NCBI GenBank assembly: GCA_963666355.2
Contig: CAXXCP010000002.1
Span: forward strand, 18,101 to 82,100
Direction: 5' to 3'
Length of the DNA: 64,000 nt
Source of the DNA: an uncultured Methanoregula sp.
GTDB lineage: Archaea > Halobacteriota > Methanomicrobia > Methanomicrobiales > Methanospirillaceae
Below, piece by piece: positions 39,746 through 49,840 of this stretch; within the stretch, counting starts at the first letter, position 1, and the number at the start of each line of letters is the position of its first letter. The position numbers and the translations under genes are program-made. The notes beneath the pieces are model-generated. The model had not been told where the DNA came from, did no database searches, and worked only from the letters and a program-made list of their open reading frames with translations.

Positions 39746-40052
39746 GATATAAGAGCGTAGTCCGTGCCCCGTTATGGTCTTTGTGTGAGGGACACCCCAC
39801 TAGTCGGATAATCCCAAATTTCCCGGTTATGTAAAAGCTGTCAAGGTATCGCTGGGGCCAGCAAACAGCGACTCGTAACGCATATATATATCCATTTCCA
39901 GATTAATATCCGGTAAACAATGATATCACCACAGGTTTCATCTATCGATTTTTCCTTAAGCCTGTGCTACGCATTCCTTTTTTGATAGGGAACCCAGCTT
40001 TTTCCCGGGTTCCCGTTTAATGTCGTGATGAAAGTGTTTACCCGAGGTTTCT

Positions 40053-40178
40053 ATGCTTCTTGGAATTCCTGACCCGCAGATATTGATCGGCTATGGCCTT
40101 GCAATCGGCCTGACGCTCGCATGCATCGTGTACGGCTACCTGTACTGGAACGAGAAAGAGGAGACTCATGGCAGTTAA
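40053..40178 (+). CDS. Small membrane accessory protein of the symporter, 41 aa (not in the ORF track)
   Basis: Manual translation MLLGIPDPQILIGYGLAIGLTLACIVYGYLYWNEKEETHGS; single TM; overlaps the symporter start. Confidence 0.82.
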   Translation: MLLGIPDPQILIGYGLAIGLTLACIVYGYLYWNEKEETHGS

Positions 40179-41736
40179 TCCGCTTACGATGACGGCCCTT
40201 GTCCTCGTCTACCTTGCTGCAACCCTCGTGATCGGGTACCTTGGTTATAAGAAGACGAAAAGTTCCGAGGACTATCTTGTGGCCGGCCGATGTAGTCACC
40301 CGGTTATCATCGCCCTCTCGTACGGCGCAACTTTCATCTCCACGTCGGCCATCATTGGGTTCGGCGGCCAGGCTGCAAACCTTGGCATGGGCCTGATCTG
40401 GCTGACGGTACTGAACATCGGCGTCGGCATTCTTCTCGCATTCGTACTGTTTGGCAAGAAGACCCGGGAGATCGGGCAGCGACTTTCGGCGGTCACCTTC
40501 CCGGACCTTATGTGTAAGATCTACAAATCGCCCCTGCTCCAGTACATCAGTGGGTTCATCATTGTCGTATCGATGCCGCTCTATACTGCCGCTATCCTGA
40601 TCGGAGGGGCACGGTTTATTGAACCAACTCTCAACATCTCATACTCGGGATCGCTCATCATCTTTGCTCTTATCACGGCAGTCTATGTCATATTCGGCGG
40701 GCTCATCGCGGTAATGTACACAGACGCCTTCCAGGGAACGATCATGTTCATCGGCATGACTGCCCTTCTTGTATTGACGTACGTGGCTGTCGGCGGGATC
40801 ACCGCGGGAAACACCGCCCTGACAAACATGGCAAACCTTGTCCCGAAGGCGCTTGCGGACCAGGGTATGACCGGGTGGACAACGATGCCGTCACTCGGAT
40901 CCCCCATCTGGTTCACGCTCGTGACAACGATCGTACTCGGTGTCGGTATCGGGGTCCTTGCCCAACCGCAGCTGGTCGTGCGGTTCATGACGGCAAAGGA
41001 CAACAAGTCGCTGAACCGTGCGGTTCTCGTAGGCGGACCCTTCATCCTGATGATGACCGGTGTCGCATTTACGGTCGGTGCCTTGACAAACGTCTACTTC
41101 ATGCAGACATCCGGAAAGATCGCGATCGATGCTGCGGGAGGAAATGTCGATGCGATTATGCCGCTCTTCATCAACCAGGCGATGCCGGACATCTTTATCG
41201 TCATCTTCCTGCTCACCCTGCTTGCCGCGGCGATGTCGACCCTGAGCGCTCTTTACCACGCGATGGGCACAGCCCTCACCTGCGATCTCTGGGGAAGGGG
41301 ACGTGAGTGCTCGCTCACCCTGCGCCACCACCAGTACGGTATCATCATCATGATGATTGTCTCGACACTGCTTGCCTTCGCACTCCCGGTCAGCATCATC
41401 GCCCGGGCAACAGCGATGTTCATGGGTCTTTGTGCGGCTGCGTTCCTGCCGGCATTTGCTGTCGGCGTTTATGCAAAAGTACCTTCGACAAAGGCAGCCC
41501 TTTACAGCATGGTCTCGGGTGCCGCGATCTGGTTCCTCTGGACCGCGTTCATCCACGCGGCAGAAGCAAAACCACTCGGCCTCTGCCAGGCAATCTTTGG
41601 CAAGGCCTCGCTGCTGCCCCTTCCCTGGTCGGTTGTCGATCCGATCGTGATCGCCCTCCCGATCTCATTCATCGTGATGATCGGGATGCAGGTCCGGGCA
41701 GACAAAGCACAACCGGTTGCAGTCCCTGTTGCATAA
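40168..41736 (+). CDS. Sodium:solute symporter family protein
   Basis: DYLVAGR, ATFIS, GGLIAVMYTDAFQG, PQLVVRFM, AAAMST. Confidence 0.93.
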   Translation: MAVNPLTMTALVLVYLAATLVIGYLGYKKTKSSEDYLVAGRCSHPVIIALSYGATFISTSAIIGFGGQAANLGMGLIWLTVLNIGVGILLAFVLFGKKTREIGQRLSAVTFPDLMCKIYKSPLLQYISGFIIVVSMPLYTAAILIGGARFIEPTLNISYSGSLIIFALITAVYVIFGGLIAVMYTDAFQGTIMFIGMTALLVLTYVAVGGITAGNTALTNMANLVPKALADQGMTGWTTMPSLGSPIWFTLVTTIVLGVGIGVLAQPQLVVRFMTAKDNKSLNRAVLVGGPFILMMTGVAFTVGALTNVYFMQTSGKIAIDAAGGNVDAIMPLFINQAMPDIFIVIFLLTLLAAAMSTLSALYHAMGTALTCDLWGRGRECSLTLRHHQYGIIIMMIVSTLLAFALPVSIIARATAMFMGLCAAAFLPAFAVGVYAKVPSTKAALYSMVSGAAIWFLWTAFIHAAEAKPLGLCQAIFGKASLLPLPWSVVDPIVIALPISFIVMIGMQVRADKAQPVAVPVA

Positions 41737-41820
41737 AACAATAATCCCTGCCGCTCCGGGAAATTCCCCCGGAGCCGGCCGGTAAGAAACTTTTTTTCCT
41801 AACAAAACGGAAAAATAACC

Positions 41821-42156
41821 ATGGATCTCGCAGAAAAAAAATGCACAACTTACCGGGCGGGATCGCCGCCCCTTACCCGAAAGGAAACAATCGAGCTCCT
41901 TGGCGAAGTTCCCGGCTGGTCGCTTGTGGAAGGGCACCTGAACCGGAACTACGAGCTGCCGGATGCGGGAAAGTGCATTGATTTTTTTAATGAGGTGATG
42001 AACCTCTCGATGCAGGAAGGCCACATTCCGGACTTTACCATGAAAGAATCGAAGTTCGTAACCATCTCGTATTATACCTATCCCGCCGGGGGATTAACCC
42101 AGAACGATTTTATCATGGCGGCAAAACTCAACGCAAAGGAACGCACGCCGCAATAA
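41821..42156 (+). CDS. Pterin-4a-carbinolamine dehydratase-like protein
   Basis: LAEKKC, PGW, EGHIPD, GGLTQNDFIMAAK. Confidence 0.82.
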   Translation: MDLAEKKCTTYRAGSPPLTRKETIELLGEVPGWSLVEGHLNRNYELPDAGKCIDFFNEVMNLSMQEGHIPDFTMKESKFVTISYYTYPAGGLTQNDFIMAAKLNAKERTPQ

Positions 42157-42160
42157 ACAA

Positions 42161-42193
42161 AGAAAAAAGATTGCCGGATCTCCGGCTTTTTTT
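42161..42193. terminator. Putative bidirectional terminator
   Basis: A-tract, GCCGGA-TC-TCCGGC, T7 tract between convergent genes. Confidence 0.5.
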
Positions 42194-42593
42194 ATTTGAT
42201 ATTGAATTTCCGGCTGATCTTCTCCCGGAACGCATCTTTTGGGTACGCACCAATAATTCTCTCGACCAGCTGCCCGTTTGAAAAGAGCATGACCGCCGGG
42301 ATTGCTGAGATATTGAACTGCATCGAAAGGTTCCGGTTATCGTCCGTGTTGACCTTGCCAAACGCTACTTTCCCGGAGAATTCCATGGAGAGCTCTTCCA
42401 TGATTGGTGCTATCCTGCGGCATGGTCCGCACCATTCCGCCCAGAAATCCACGACAGCGTACTGGTTGGTCTTGATAAATTCCTGGAAATGTATCTCGTC
42501 AACATGGGTAACGATGGCTTTTGGGGGTTCTCTCATTTTCTCTTTCATCTCCTGCATCCGCTTTTCCCGTATCCGGGCCAACTCATCATCCAT
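42192..42593 (-). CDS. trxA: Thioredoxin
   Basis: VDFWAEWCGPC, ISAIP. Confidence 0.95.
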   Translation of the reverse strand: MDDELARIREKRMQEMKEKMREPPKAIVTHVDEIHFQEFIKTNQYAVVDFWAEWCGPCRRIAPIMEELSMEFSGKVAFGKVNTDDNRNLSMQFNISAIPAVMLFSNGQLVERIIGAYPKDAFREKISRKFNIK

Positions 42594-42695
42594 ATTCCTC
42601 AATGGAGAAAAAGGTAATTAAAATATCCGGGATCCCCCGGAAAAATGAGTTAACTATATCTGCGACTCATTCCTATACTAATACCCTGACCGTGA

Positions 42696-42770
42696 AGCGA
42701 GGTAGGGTAGTCAGGATATCCCGACGGGCTCATAACCCGTAGATCGATGGTTCAAATCCATCCCTCGCTA
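42696..42770 (+). tRNA. Initiator tRNA-Met (CAT)
   Basis: AGCGAGG/CCTCGCT acceptor stem with A1-U72, GGG-CTCATAA-CCC anticodon arm, GGTTCAAATCC T arm; no encoded CCA. Confidence 0.96.
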
Positions 42771-42908
42771 CTTCTTTTATCGTTTCCCTGGCGAGCCTGC
42801 GCTTTTTCGTGCAATGATTGCATTTTCCGGATCCCATTTACCTTGTCGATCGGGATATGATACATACAATTTTTGATTTTATTTATCCAGTTCCTGTCAA
42901 TTTGATCA

Positions 42909-43496
42909 TCAGGACTGGACCGGAGGCAGGACAAGACCCACGCTTCGCACACCTTCGAGAGATGCTATGCTATCGAGCCGGTTCACATCCACCCACGCAA
43001 CCAGAATGTGCGTGAGTTCATCACTGTCGATCACCTGCGTGACATACGGAACGATTGATCCGGCCGATGTGCCGGGCTGGAGCTGGATGGAGACGTACAC
43101 CTGATCGCCGGTCGTTCCCGAACTCGCTTTGAGGTCAAACCTCTTTGCGGCTTCCGATGCCGGGACAAGAAGGTCTTGTCCAATCATACTGGCCCGGATC
43201 TCTTCCAGTGTGTTCCCGCTTTGCGGAACGCTGCCTGGATCGATCAACTGGAGGAGCCGGGTCTCAAGTTTCTGGCGGGCGAGCGGGAGATCGGTCAGCG
43301 TACCTTTGGAAGCCGTTATTCTTGCTGCGGGTGTCGCCGCCAGTGATGGAAGAATGCCGGGGGATTGGGCGAACGTGGGTCCGGCTGAGGGGGCGGAAGG
43401 CGTGATCGTTTCCTGGATGGAAGAGAGACAGCCTCCAGTCGAAGCGCCCAGCACTAGGACAAACGCAATTACCCAGAAAACCGTTTTGAACCGCAC
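42909..43496 (-). CDS. Putative lipoprotein resembling a subtilase prodomain without a protease domain
   Basis: Hydrophobic leader with GGC; KLETRLLQL...VYVSIQL...LVAWVDVNRLDSIASLEGVRSV; GTG start uncertain. Confidence 0.6.
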   Translation of the reverse strand: MRFKTVFWVIAFVLVLGASTGGCLSSIQETITPSAPSAGPTFAQSPGILPSLAATPAARITASKGTLTDLPLARQKLETRLLQLIDPGSVPQSGNTLEEIRASMIGQDLLVPASEAAKRFDLKASSGTTGDQVYVSIQLQPGTSAGSIVPYVTQVIDSDELTHILVAWVDVNRLDSIASLEGVRSVGLVLPPVQS

Positions 43497-43984
43497 GCTC
43501 GTTGACCTGAAGCTGCCTTTACGCACCCAATGGGCAATAATACAATCGATTGGCAAATCAAATTTCCGGCCGGGCAGGATCACTTCAGAAAAATTTTTTC
43601 GTTCCCCCGCCGGATTTTTCCTGCAGAGAAGATCCGGATCATGCAGCACCGGATCAAATCCAACGGGAGACCGGAAAAATTTTCAGCGAATCAGGAAAAA
43701 CCCGGAAAATTTTCCGGTAAGAGACGGTACTTTTTGCCTGCGACGATTCGATGTTTTTTGGAAAGAACGAGCATGTCCGGAAAATTTTACGGAACATGTT
43801 GTTGCAGGTGAAGAGCGGGTAATGGCCCGTGTGTTTGATCCAAAACGGCTCTCAAGATCGTGAGAATTATTCCCGGTATCGCGATTTTTAGAAAATATCA
43901 GGTTTTCTCTCTCGCAATCACGAAAAAATCCGACTGTGCCTTGAGAAGAAAAGGCTCATCACATTGCCTGAAGCATAATTTACC

Positions 43985-44836
43985 ATGACGTCCCGGCTTA
44001 CCCTCACGGTCCTCGTTGACAATACCACTCTTCCGGATCGCGATTTTATGAGTGAGCCCGGGCTCTCGTTTTTTGTCGAAACTGCCGGAAGGAAGATCCT
44101 GTTTGATACCGGGCTCTCGGGTCTCTTCATCGCAAATGCAAAGAACCTGGGGATCGATCTATCCGATTTTGATTTCCTTGTCCTGTCTCACGGCCACATC
44201 GACCATACCGGCGGGCTTCTCCCGCTCATCCACCATATTGAAGAGGCCACATTCGGGGTAAAGCCTGCCCGGGTGCCGGAACTTATCGCCCATCCCCGCT
44301 GCTTCTGGCCAAAAGAGAAAGAACAGAAGAGAAACGGTTCTGAAGTGAACGAGGAAGAAGCCCGGCGTAGGTTTCCGCTTTGCCTCTCGGAAAAACCAGT
44401 CTGGATCACCGATGATCTTGTCTTTCTTGGCGAGATCCCAAGGAGGTTTGCTTTCGAACATGTTGATCCCGGAACACGGAAGATCTTCTTTCCGGACGGT
44501 CAGGTGAAACCGGACGAACTTCCCGACGATTCAGCTCTCGCATTTCGATCTGATAAGGGGCTTGTGATAATCACCGGATGCTCGCATGCGGGAATCTGTA
44601 ATATCACGGAATACGCAAGGGAGGTCTGCGGGGAACGAAAAGTTGCCGGCATTATAGGCGGGCTCCACCTGCTTTCACCTGAACCCGGACATCTTGCGAA
44701 AACGGGAAAATATCTGAACCGTCTTCACCTCAATGCCCTGCATGCCTGCCACTGCACATCGCTTCCGGCAAAACTCGCACTCGCAGAATATAGTCCCGTT
44801 CAGGAAACCGGTGTTGGGATGAGACTGGTTTGGTAG
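43985..44836 (+). CDS. MBL-fold metallo-hydrolase (COG1237-like)
   Basis: LFDTG, SHGHIDHTGG, TGCSHAG, GGLHL, HCT. Confidence 0.9.
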   Translation: MTSRLTLTVLVDNTTLPDRDFMSEPGLSFFVETAGRKILFDTGLSGLFIANAKNLGIDLSDFDFLVLSHGHIDHTGGLLPLIHHIEEATFGVKPARVPELIAHPRCFWPKEKEQKRNGSEVNEEEARRRFPLCLSEKPVWITDDLVFLGEIPRRFAFEHVDPGTRKIFFPDGQVKPDELPDDSALAFRSDKGLVIITGCSHAGICNITEYAREVCGERKVAGIIGGLHLLSPEPGHLAKTGKYLNRLHLNALHACHCTSLPAKLALAEYSPVQETGVGMRLVW

Positions 44837-44855
44837 GGTAGAAGCATCGCCGGCT

Positions 44856-45568
44856 TCACGGTTCCCCGCATTCCTGCGGAGGAACCGGTATTACGTGTAC
44901 CGCAGACGCTTTGAACGTTGCACAGACCCTGCATCCCGGTTCAAGATGCAGTTCACGACAGCTCTCGCGGGTGAGAAGGGCAGCTAGCGGGAACCCCGCA
45001 TCAAGGAAAACACGGACCGTACTGCCGGCGGGGACAATGTCTGTTACCATAACGGAGAGACAGTTGCGGGCGCTGGATGCAAACGGGTCCTTTGAAAGGA
45101 TAACATCCTCAGCGTGAAGTGTCGCGACGACTTCACCGGTGATCCCGGATGCGGCAAAGAACACGGTCCCGTTGCGGGTAACGATTCGGGTAATGTTCCC
45201 TGCTCTGGCGGACGTCCCCCGGATAATATTGCCGATGCCGAGAAATTCCGCAACAGAACTATCGGAGGGGTGCAGAAATACTTCCGAAGTTTCTCCGAAC
45301 TGAACAATCCGCCCCTCCCGCATAATCGCGATCCGGTCGGCAAGGGCAAAGACATCTTCGAAATGGTGCGTGATCTGGATGATTGTGGTCCCCGTACGTT
45401 TACCAATGAGGGACAATTCCCTGCGCATCCTTTCCCGGGTCCGGCCGTCCAGCGCACTCAAGGGTTCGTCAAGCAACAGGATCTCCGGCTTGAGAACGAG
45501 GGCACGGGCGAGAGCAACGCGTTGCTGCTCACCCCCGCTCAGAGTTCCCGGATACCGGTCCCTGAGAT
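44856..45568 (-). pseudogene. modC: modC 3' half (inverted), with TOBE domains
   Basis: RDRYPGTLSGGEQQRVALARAL...LLDEP, C-terminal FKASAVH; joins 35001-35378 in frame. Confidence 0.92.
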
Positions 45569-46858
45569 CAGTACTTCACTAATTTTTAGCCGAGGCTAAT
45601 CAAAACCGGCAGATCTAAATAGGCAGCGGGCGCCGCATATGGCAAATAGACGACAATTCACCCGCCGAATAAAGAATGAGATCCGAGCAGAAGATTGTTC
45701 CGAAATAGCAGTGGATGCAATCAACCGGAATCTCACCATTTCCATCAACGGAACACTGAGACAAAAGACGCTTATCCAGTCACTTGTTGGGATGTCAGCA
45801 ACCAAACTATCCGTGCATTCCATCAATAAGGCTGTAGAAAAAGTCCCGTGTGAAACGTCAGTCAGATACCATTTATCGAAGGTGGATTTAGAATCGCTTT
45901 TCGAAATACAATCAAAGATCCTCACCTATTCAAACGATCAGATCCTTGTTCCCGGAAAATCGTATCATTTTGCCATAGATTTCACCGACGATCCTTATTA
46001 TGGCGAAATTATCGAAGCGAACAAAGATTACGTCCTCAAGAGTAAAATGAAGAAATCAACAACCACATTTTACTCGTATGTTTCGCTCTCCATCACAACA
46101 AAAGGTCAACGGCAGACCCTTGCAGTTTTCCCGGTGAAGAAGGGTGTGTCAAAGGTCGAGTACATCCGGAAATTTTTGGCCATAATCCACAACGCAAAAG
46201 TGAACACCCAAGTACTCTGTCTTGATCGGGGATTTTACTCAAAAGATGTGTTCTCATTTCTCCAGAAGGAAAAGATCCCGCACATTGTTCCGGTGAGAAA
46301 ACACGGCGAAGAACTCAAGAAAATACTCCGGGGAAATCATTCCCGGTATGCACAGTATACGATGATGGGAACTGGCGAACCTCTTTCTCTTACTCTGGCA
46401 ATTGATGTCCAGTACCTTCTGGGAAGGAATAAGAAATACGGGAATGTGAACCTGGGTTACGTCGTGTATGGTATTAACTGGAAACCCCGTCGGATCTACC
46501 GGGTCTACAAGAACCGGTTTGCGATCGAGTCTTCGTACCGTATCCGGAATATCGTGAAAGCAAGGACATCCACAAGAAACGTTGTGATCCGGTACCTGCT
46601 GACGATAATCTCTTTCCTTCTCAAAAATATCTGGGTCTCTCTTCAATGGATGTTCTTCTCTAAGGTTCAACGAGGACCAAGAACCGTTGCTGAAGATTTG
46701 TTCCGTTTCGATTTCTTCCGGCTATTGGTCTGGGAAGGGATTCGGAAAAAACTCAAATTTGTCTCATTTGTTTCTGTTCTTCGACCGTTTGGTTGATCAG
46801 AGGTTGAGAGTATTGATGACTTGCCAAAATTCACGGAGGTAAATTTAGAGAAGTACTG
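45569..46858 (+). mobile_element. ISH3-family insertion sequence, copy 2
   Basis: Same TIRs and length as copy 1, opposite orientation. Confidence 0.93.
45639..46796 (+). CDS. ISH3-family transposase
   Basis: 385 aa, AIDFTDDPYYG, DRGF, YKNRFAIE. Confidence 0.93.
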   Translation: MANRRQFTRRIKNEIRAEDCSEIAVDAINRNLTISINGTLRQKTLIQSLVGMSATKLSVHSINKAVEKVPCETSVRYHLSKVDLESLFEIQSKILTYSNDQILVPGKSYHFAIDFTDDPYYGEIIEANKDYVLKSKMKKSTTTFYSYVSLSITTKGQRQTLAVFPVKKGVSKVEYIRKFLAIIHNAKVNTQVLCLDRGFYSKDVFSFLQKEKIPHIVPVRKHGEELKKILRGNHSRYAQYTMMGTGEPLSLTLAIDVQYLLGRNKKYGNVNLGYVVYGINWKPRRIYRVYKNRFAIESSYRIRNIVKARTSTRNVVIRYLLTIISFLLKNIWVSLQWMFFSKVQRGPRTVAEDLFRFDFFRLLVWEGIRKKLKFVSFVSVLRPFG

Positions 46859-47039
46859 GTGTTGGGATCGCTTTTGTTTCAGTTACTACAGGTGCAGCAG
46901 TATTCTGACCAGTCGGGCTGGATGCGATTGATGGTTTGATTTCCGCCGCTGGTGTTCCCAAACACCCGGCACATGTAAGCAGGGTAATGATGATCGCGAT
47001 TGTGGAAAGAGTTGCGATCGGGGCAATGATATTTTTCAT
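46859..47039 (-). pseudogene. N-terminal fragment of a lipoprotein truncated by the IS
   Basis: MKNII...LTCAGC lipobox plus Pro/Thr linker running into the IS end. Confidence 0.7.
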
Positions 47040-47708
47040 GGCACAATATATTGCAAGTACAATAAAAAATTGTATTGATTCAATCTTTCGCCATGAAAGC
47101 CAGGTTCATCTGATAACCAGCCCGAAATTGAGAATTTTCCTGATACCCGGACCTGTTAGAGCCACTGGCTGAACGCTTTGGAAAATTGTCAGTCCGGGGA
47201 AACCGGATCCATGATCAGCGGCAGGCTTTTCCGAGGGGTACTGGAGGCGTTCCTTTTCCGGGTAACTTGTTTCCCCGTCAAGGGGGCAGATCGCTGTCCG
47301 GACAGGGAAAGGGATCGGCTTAACGGCACACTGTATAGCGCCAATCCCGTCCCACGAACGATTCACCAGGAACCCGGCCTTCGAACCGGGGAGCATCAGG
47401 GGAGTCGAGGATATCGCGAATATGCTAAAAAATGGAAATAATGCCGGGGGGGTATCCAATCCCCGGGTCCATTCGGCAAATTTTTGCTGACGAGCAAAGA
47501 CATGCACGATCCCTTCGGGAACGTTCTCGTCCGGGAACCGCGTACACCGTAAAACATGCGGGGATTTTTGAACCGGTCCCGTGTACCATAAAATTCTTGC
47601 AGGGAAAACGAGAGCGAGAAACTCCCCCGTGGGGAAAAAAATCTGTGGGCAGTCCGCCCGGCCGGAACCGGCCGGCTGACGGACTGCGTGCAAAAGGAAA
47701 ATTTCAGA

Positions 47709-47924
47709 TTATGCGTTCTTCATCTTGGCTTTTGCGACGAATCCGTCTTTGCCAATGTAGTACATGAAGCCCTTTTCCTTGGCGATCTTCTCAGTACCGA
47801 CTTTCTTCTTCTTGCCGGTCTTGTTGTGTTTCATCGGGGCTGCCCATACGTAGCCGTCCTTACCGATGAAGTAGAGAAATCCCTTTTCGCGCGAAATCTT
47901 TTCTTTTCCGATTTTCGTTCCCAT
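47709..47924 (-). CDS. Small basic two-repeat protein, Cc1-like DNA-binding candidate
   Basis: Two copies of K.G.EKI..EKGF.Y.IGKDG.V..A.MK; GAGGTG SD; TTTTATAT TATA at 47978-47985. Confidence 0.8.
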   Translation of the reverse strand: MGTKIGKEKISREKGFLYFIGKDGYVWAAPMKHNKTGKKKKVGTEKIAKEKGFMYYIGKDGFVAKAKMKNA

Positions 47925-48469
47925 TTAAACACCTCAAAACCGATTTGGTTTTGATATTGAAGAGTTACCGCCTGATAATATAAAAGGTTTCCGTCGAAAA
48001 CCCGTCGAAGTTCTCATTTTGGGGAAATTTTTGACGGTATTTTGGGTATTGTGACACACTAATCACGCCGTTTAAAAAACGTCTAATATTGCCCGGAATC
48101 GGATATCCGAGCTGCATTACGGGCAGAATACGCACCGGCGTGTTCTGGGAGACCGGAAGAGGAAGCGCACCCCGCGCTGGGGCGATTATGACGGTAAATT
48201 GCTGTGAGGCACGGTCGGTTTTGGGGACAATCGAGAAGTTCGAACGGTTCGTTGGGTTCGGGGATAGTACCAGCATCGGCCAACGGCCCGGGAAGCATAT
48301 CGATTTTCCCGGCAATCGACCATCCCGGACAGATGAGCATCCTGCCAACCGCATGACAACGGTTCCCGTTGCCTCTCCTCATTCCGATCTTTACGTTTGA
48401 TACGGGTTTTTTTAATCGGGATATTTTTCAATCATGGGCACCACCGGTTCGAACAGGGCCCCGGCAAAC

Positions 48470-49435
48470 TGTGGTACCCCGAATTGATTTTACACATATA
48501 ACCATTTCTGCGCATAGTTCAGAATCCTCTCCGGGGGTAGACGGTACCAGAATGCGTTATAAGGCTCATCGTAATCGAGACTCATGTGAGGTTTGATGAC
48601 ATTGTGCCAGTGAACAATTTTATCGACAGAACCGAACTTCGCGATCCTTCGTTCGACTTCTCCGAAGAACCGTTCAATTTTGCCGTTCGTTTGAGGGTGT
48701 TTTATCCTGGGTGGGATGTGTTTGATGTTGTGATGAACAAGAAACTCTCCGAATTTATGATGGGCCTGTTCACGGTTTCGAGCTGAAACGAATTGTGTAC
48801 CGTTGTCAGTAAGGATCTCGCGGGGCGTACCGTACATCTGGAATCCCTGATTCAGAACCGTGAGAGTGTTCTCGGTAGTTGGAGAATCGAATACCCCGTA
48901 GCAGGTGATGAGGCGGGATGAATCATCCATGAATGCGATCAGCCATTTCTTCGATCCATTAAGTTCGAACTCTTTCCAGTCTCCCTGCCACATCGACATG
49001 GAATGAGTACGTTCGTACCGAACATATTTCCGTTGTTGCCGTTTTTTCATGTTGATCTCCACCAGACCGTGGTTCAACAATACCCGATAGATTCGATTAT
49101 GCGGGATATGGATCCCGAGTGTTTCCTCAATCTTTTTCTCCAGATGGATTGGACCAATGTTGTTGGATTGATAGGTTTCGAGGATCAACTCTTCTGCTCG
49201 ATCATCGATGGCTTGGGGCTTTCTTCCAGATTGCCTGAGTACCGGATATTCTCCCGATTCTCTGAACTGGTTGATGAGCTGATACACTCGTTGACGGGTA
49301 ATCTGGAAATACCGGGCAATCTCAACAACGGGTTTCTCATTTACCCATTGCTGAATGATCCTCTGGATATCCCGATTCGATAATTTGCTCACATCGATAT
49401 TTACATGTGATGTCAAATGATTTCGGGATAGGACA
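48470..49435 (-). mobile_element. IS481-family insertion sequence, 966 bp
   Basis: TGT...ACA ends, imperfect 25-bp TIR (19/25); no TSD seen. Confidence 0.85.
48490..49392 (-). CDS. IS481-family transposase (rve core)
   Basis: N-terminal HTH, WQGD, DDSSR, TDNGTQF, HPQTNGKIERF. Confidence 0.9.
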   Translation of the reverse strand: MSKLSNRDIQRIIQQWVNEKPVVEIARYFQITRQRVYQLINQFRESGEYPVLRQSGRKPQAIDDRAEELILETYQSNNIGPIHLEKKIEETLGIHIPHNRIYRVLLNHGLVEINMKKRQQRKYVRYERTHSMSMWQGDWKEFELNGSKKWLIAFMDDSSRLITCYGVFDSPTTENTLTVLNQGFQMYGTPREILTDNGTQFVSARNREQAHHKFGEFLVHHNIKHIPPRIKHPQTNGKIERFFGEVERRIAKFGSVDKIVHWHNVIKPHMSLDYDEPYNAFWYRLPPERILNYAQKWLYV

Positions 49436-49840
49436 AAAAAAATGCGGGAATACGCTCTTTTTTAAGAAAACCCCATTTTCAAAAAAAACGCTTGCCCCTC
49501 TTCGTGTCCTCCCGCCCCAGGGAGAGTCTGGCGCTTGCGATTCCTCTCGCAATTAACCGAATCAGTTACGCGAGGTTCAAAAGAAGTTTTGCCGCTCCCT
49601 TTGCAATGGTGTCACGGGTGGTCGGGGCGGAGTCTTAAAAGCGTCCTCAGATTCATGATCTCTCCCGGGCAGTAATAAGAAGATGTATCCCCGGTCCACT
49701 CCCGCGGGAGAGTGAAGTATTATTGCTGCACAAGCCGGAGAGCGGAAGGATCCGGCAACACTCACCGGTTTTTCCGGGAGAGCAAACAACAAAGCCGGTT
49801 CACGAAACCTTTATTCCCCCCAAGCGGGCATCAGCCCCTG

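Noticed and set aside
42750-42770. tRNA-iMet 3' end as an integration site
   Set aside because: No duplicate of the tRNA 3' end and no integrase found in the window
47100-47640. ORFs in the gap right of IS copy 2
   Set aside because: Overlapping low-quality frames with no family signal; left unannotated
48140-48400. RNase P or SRP RNA suggested by GAGGAAGCGCACCCC
   Set aside because: The matching 3' P4 strand (ACAGAA...GCTTA) and the SRP helix 8 motif were not found
48460-49445. Target site duplication for IS481
   Set aside because: Flanks GCAAAC and AAAAAA do not match
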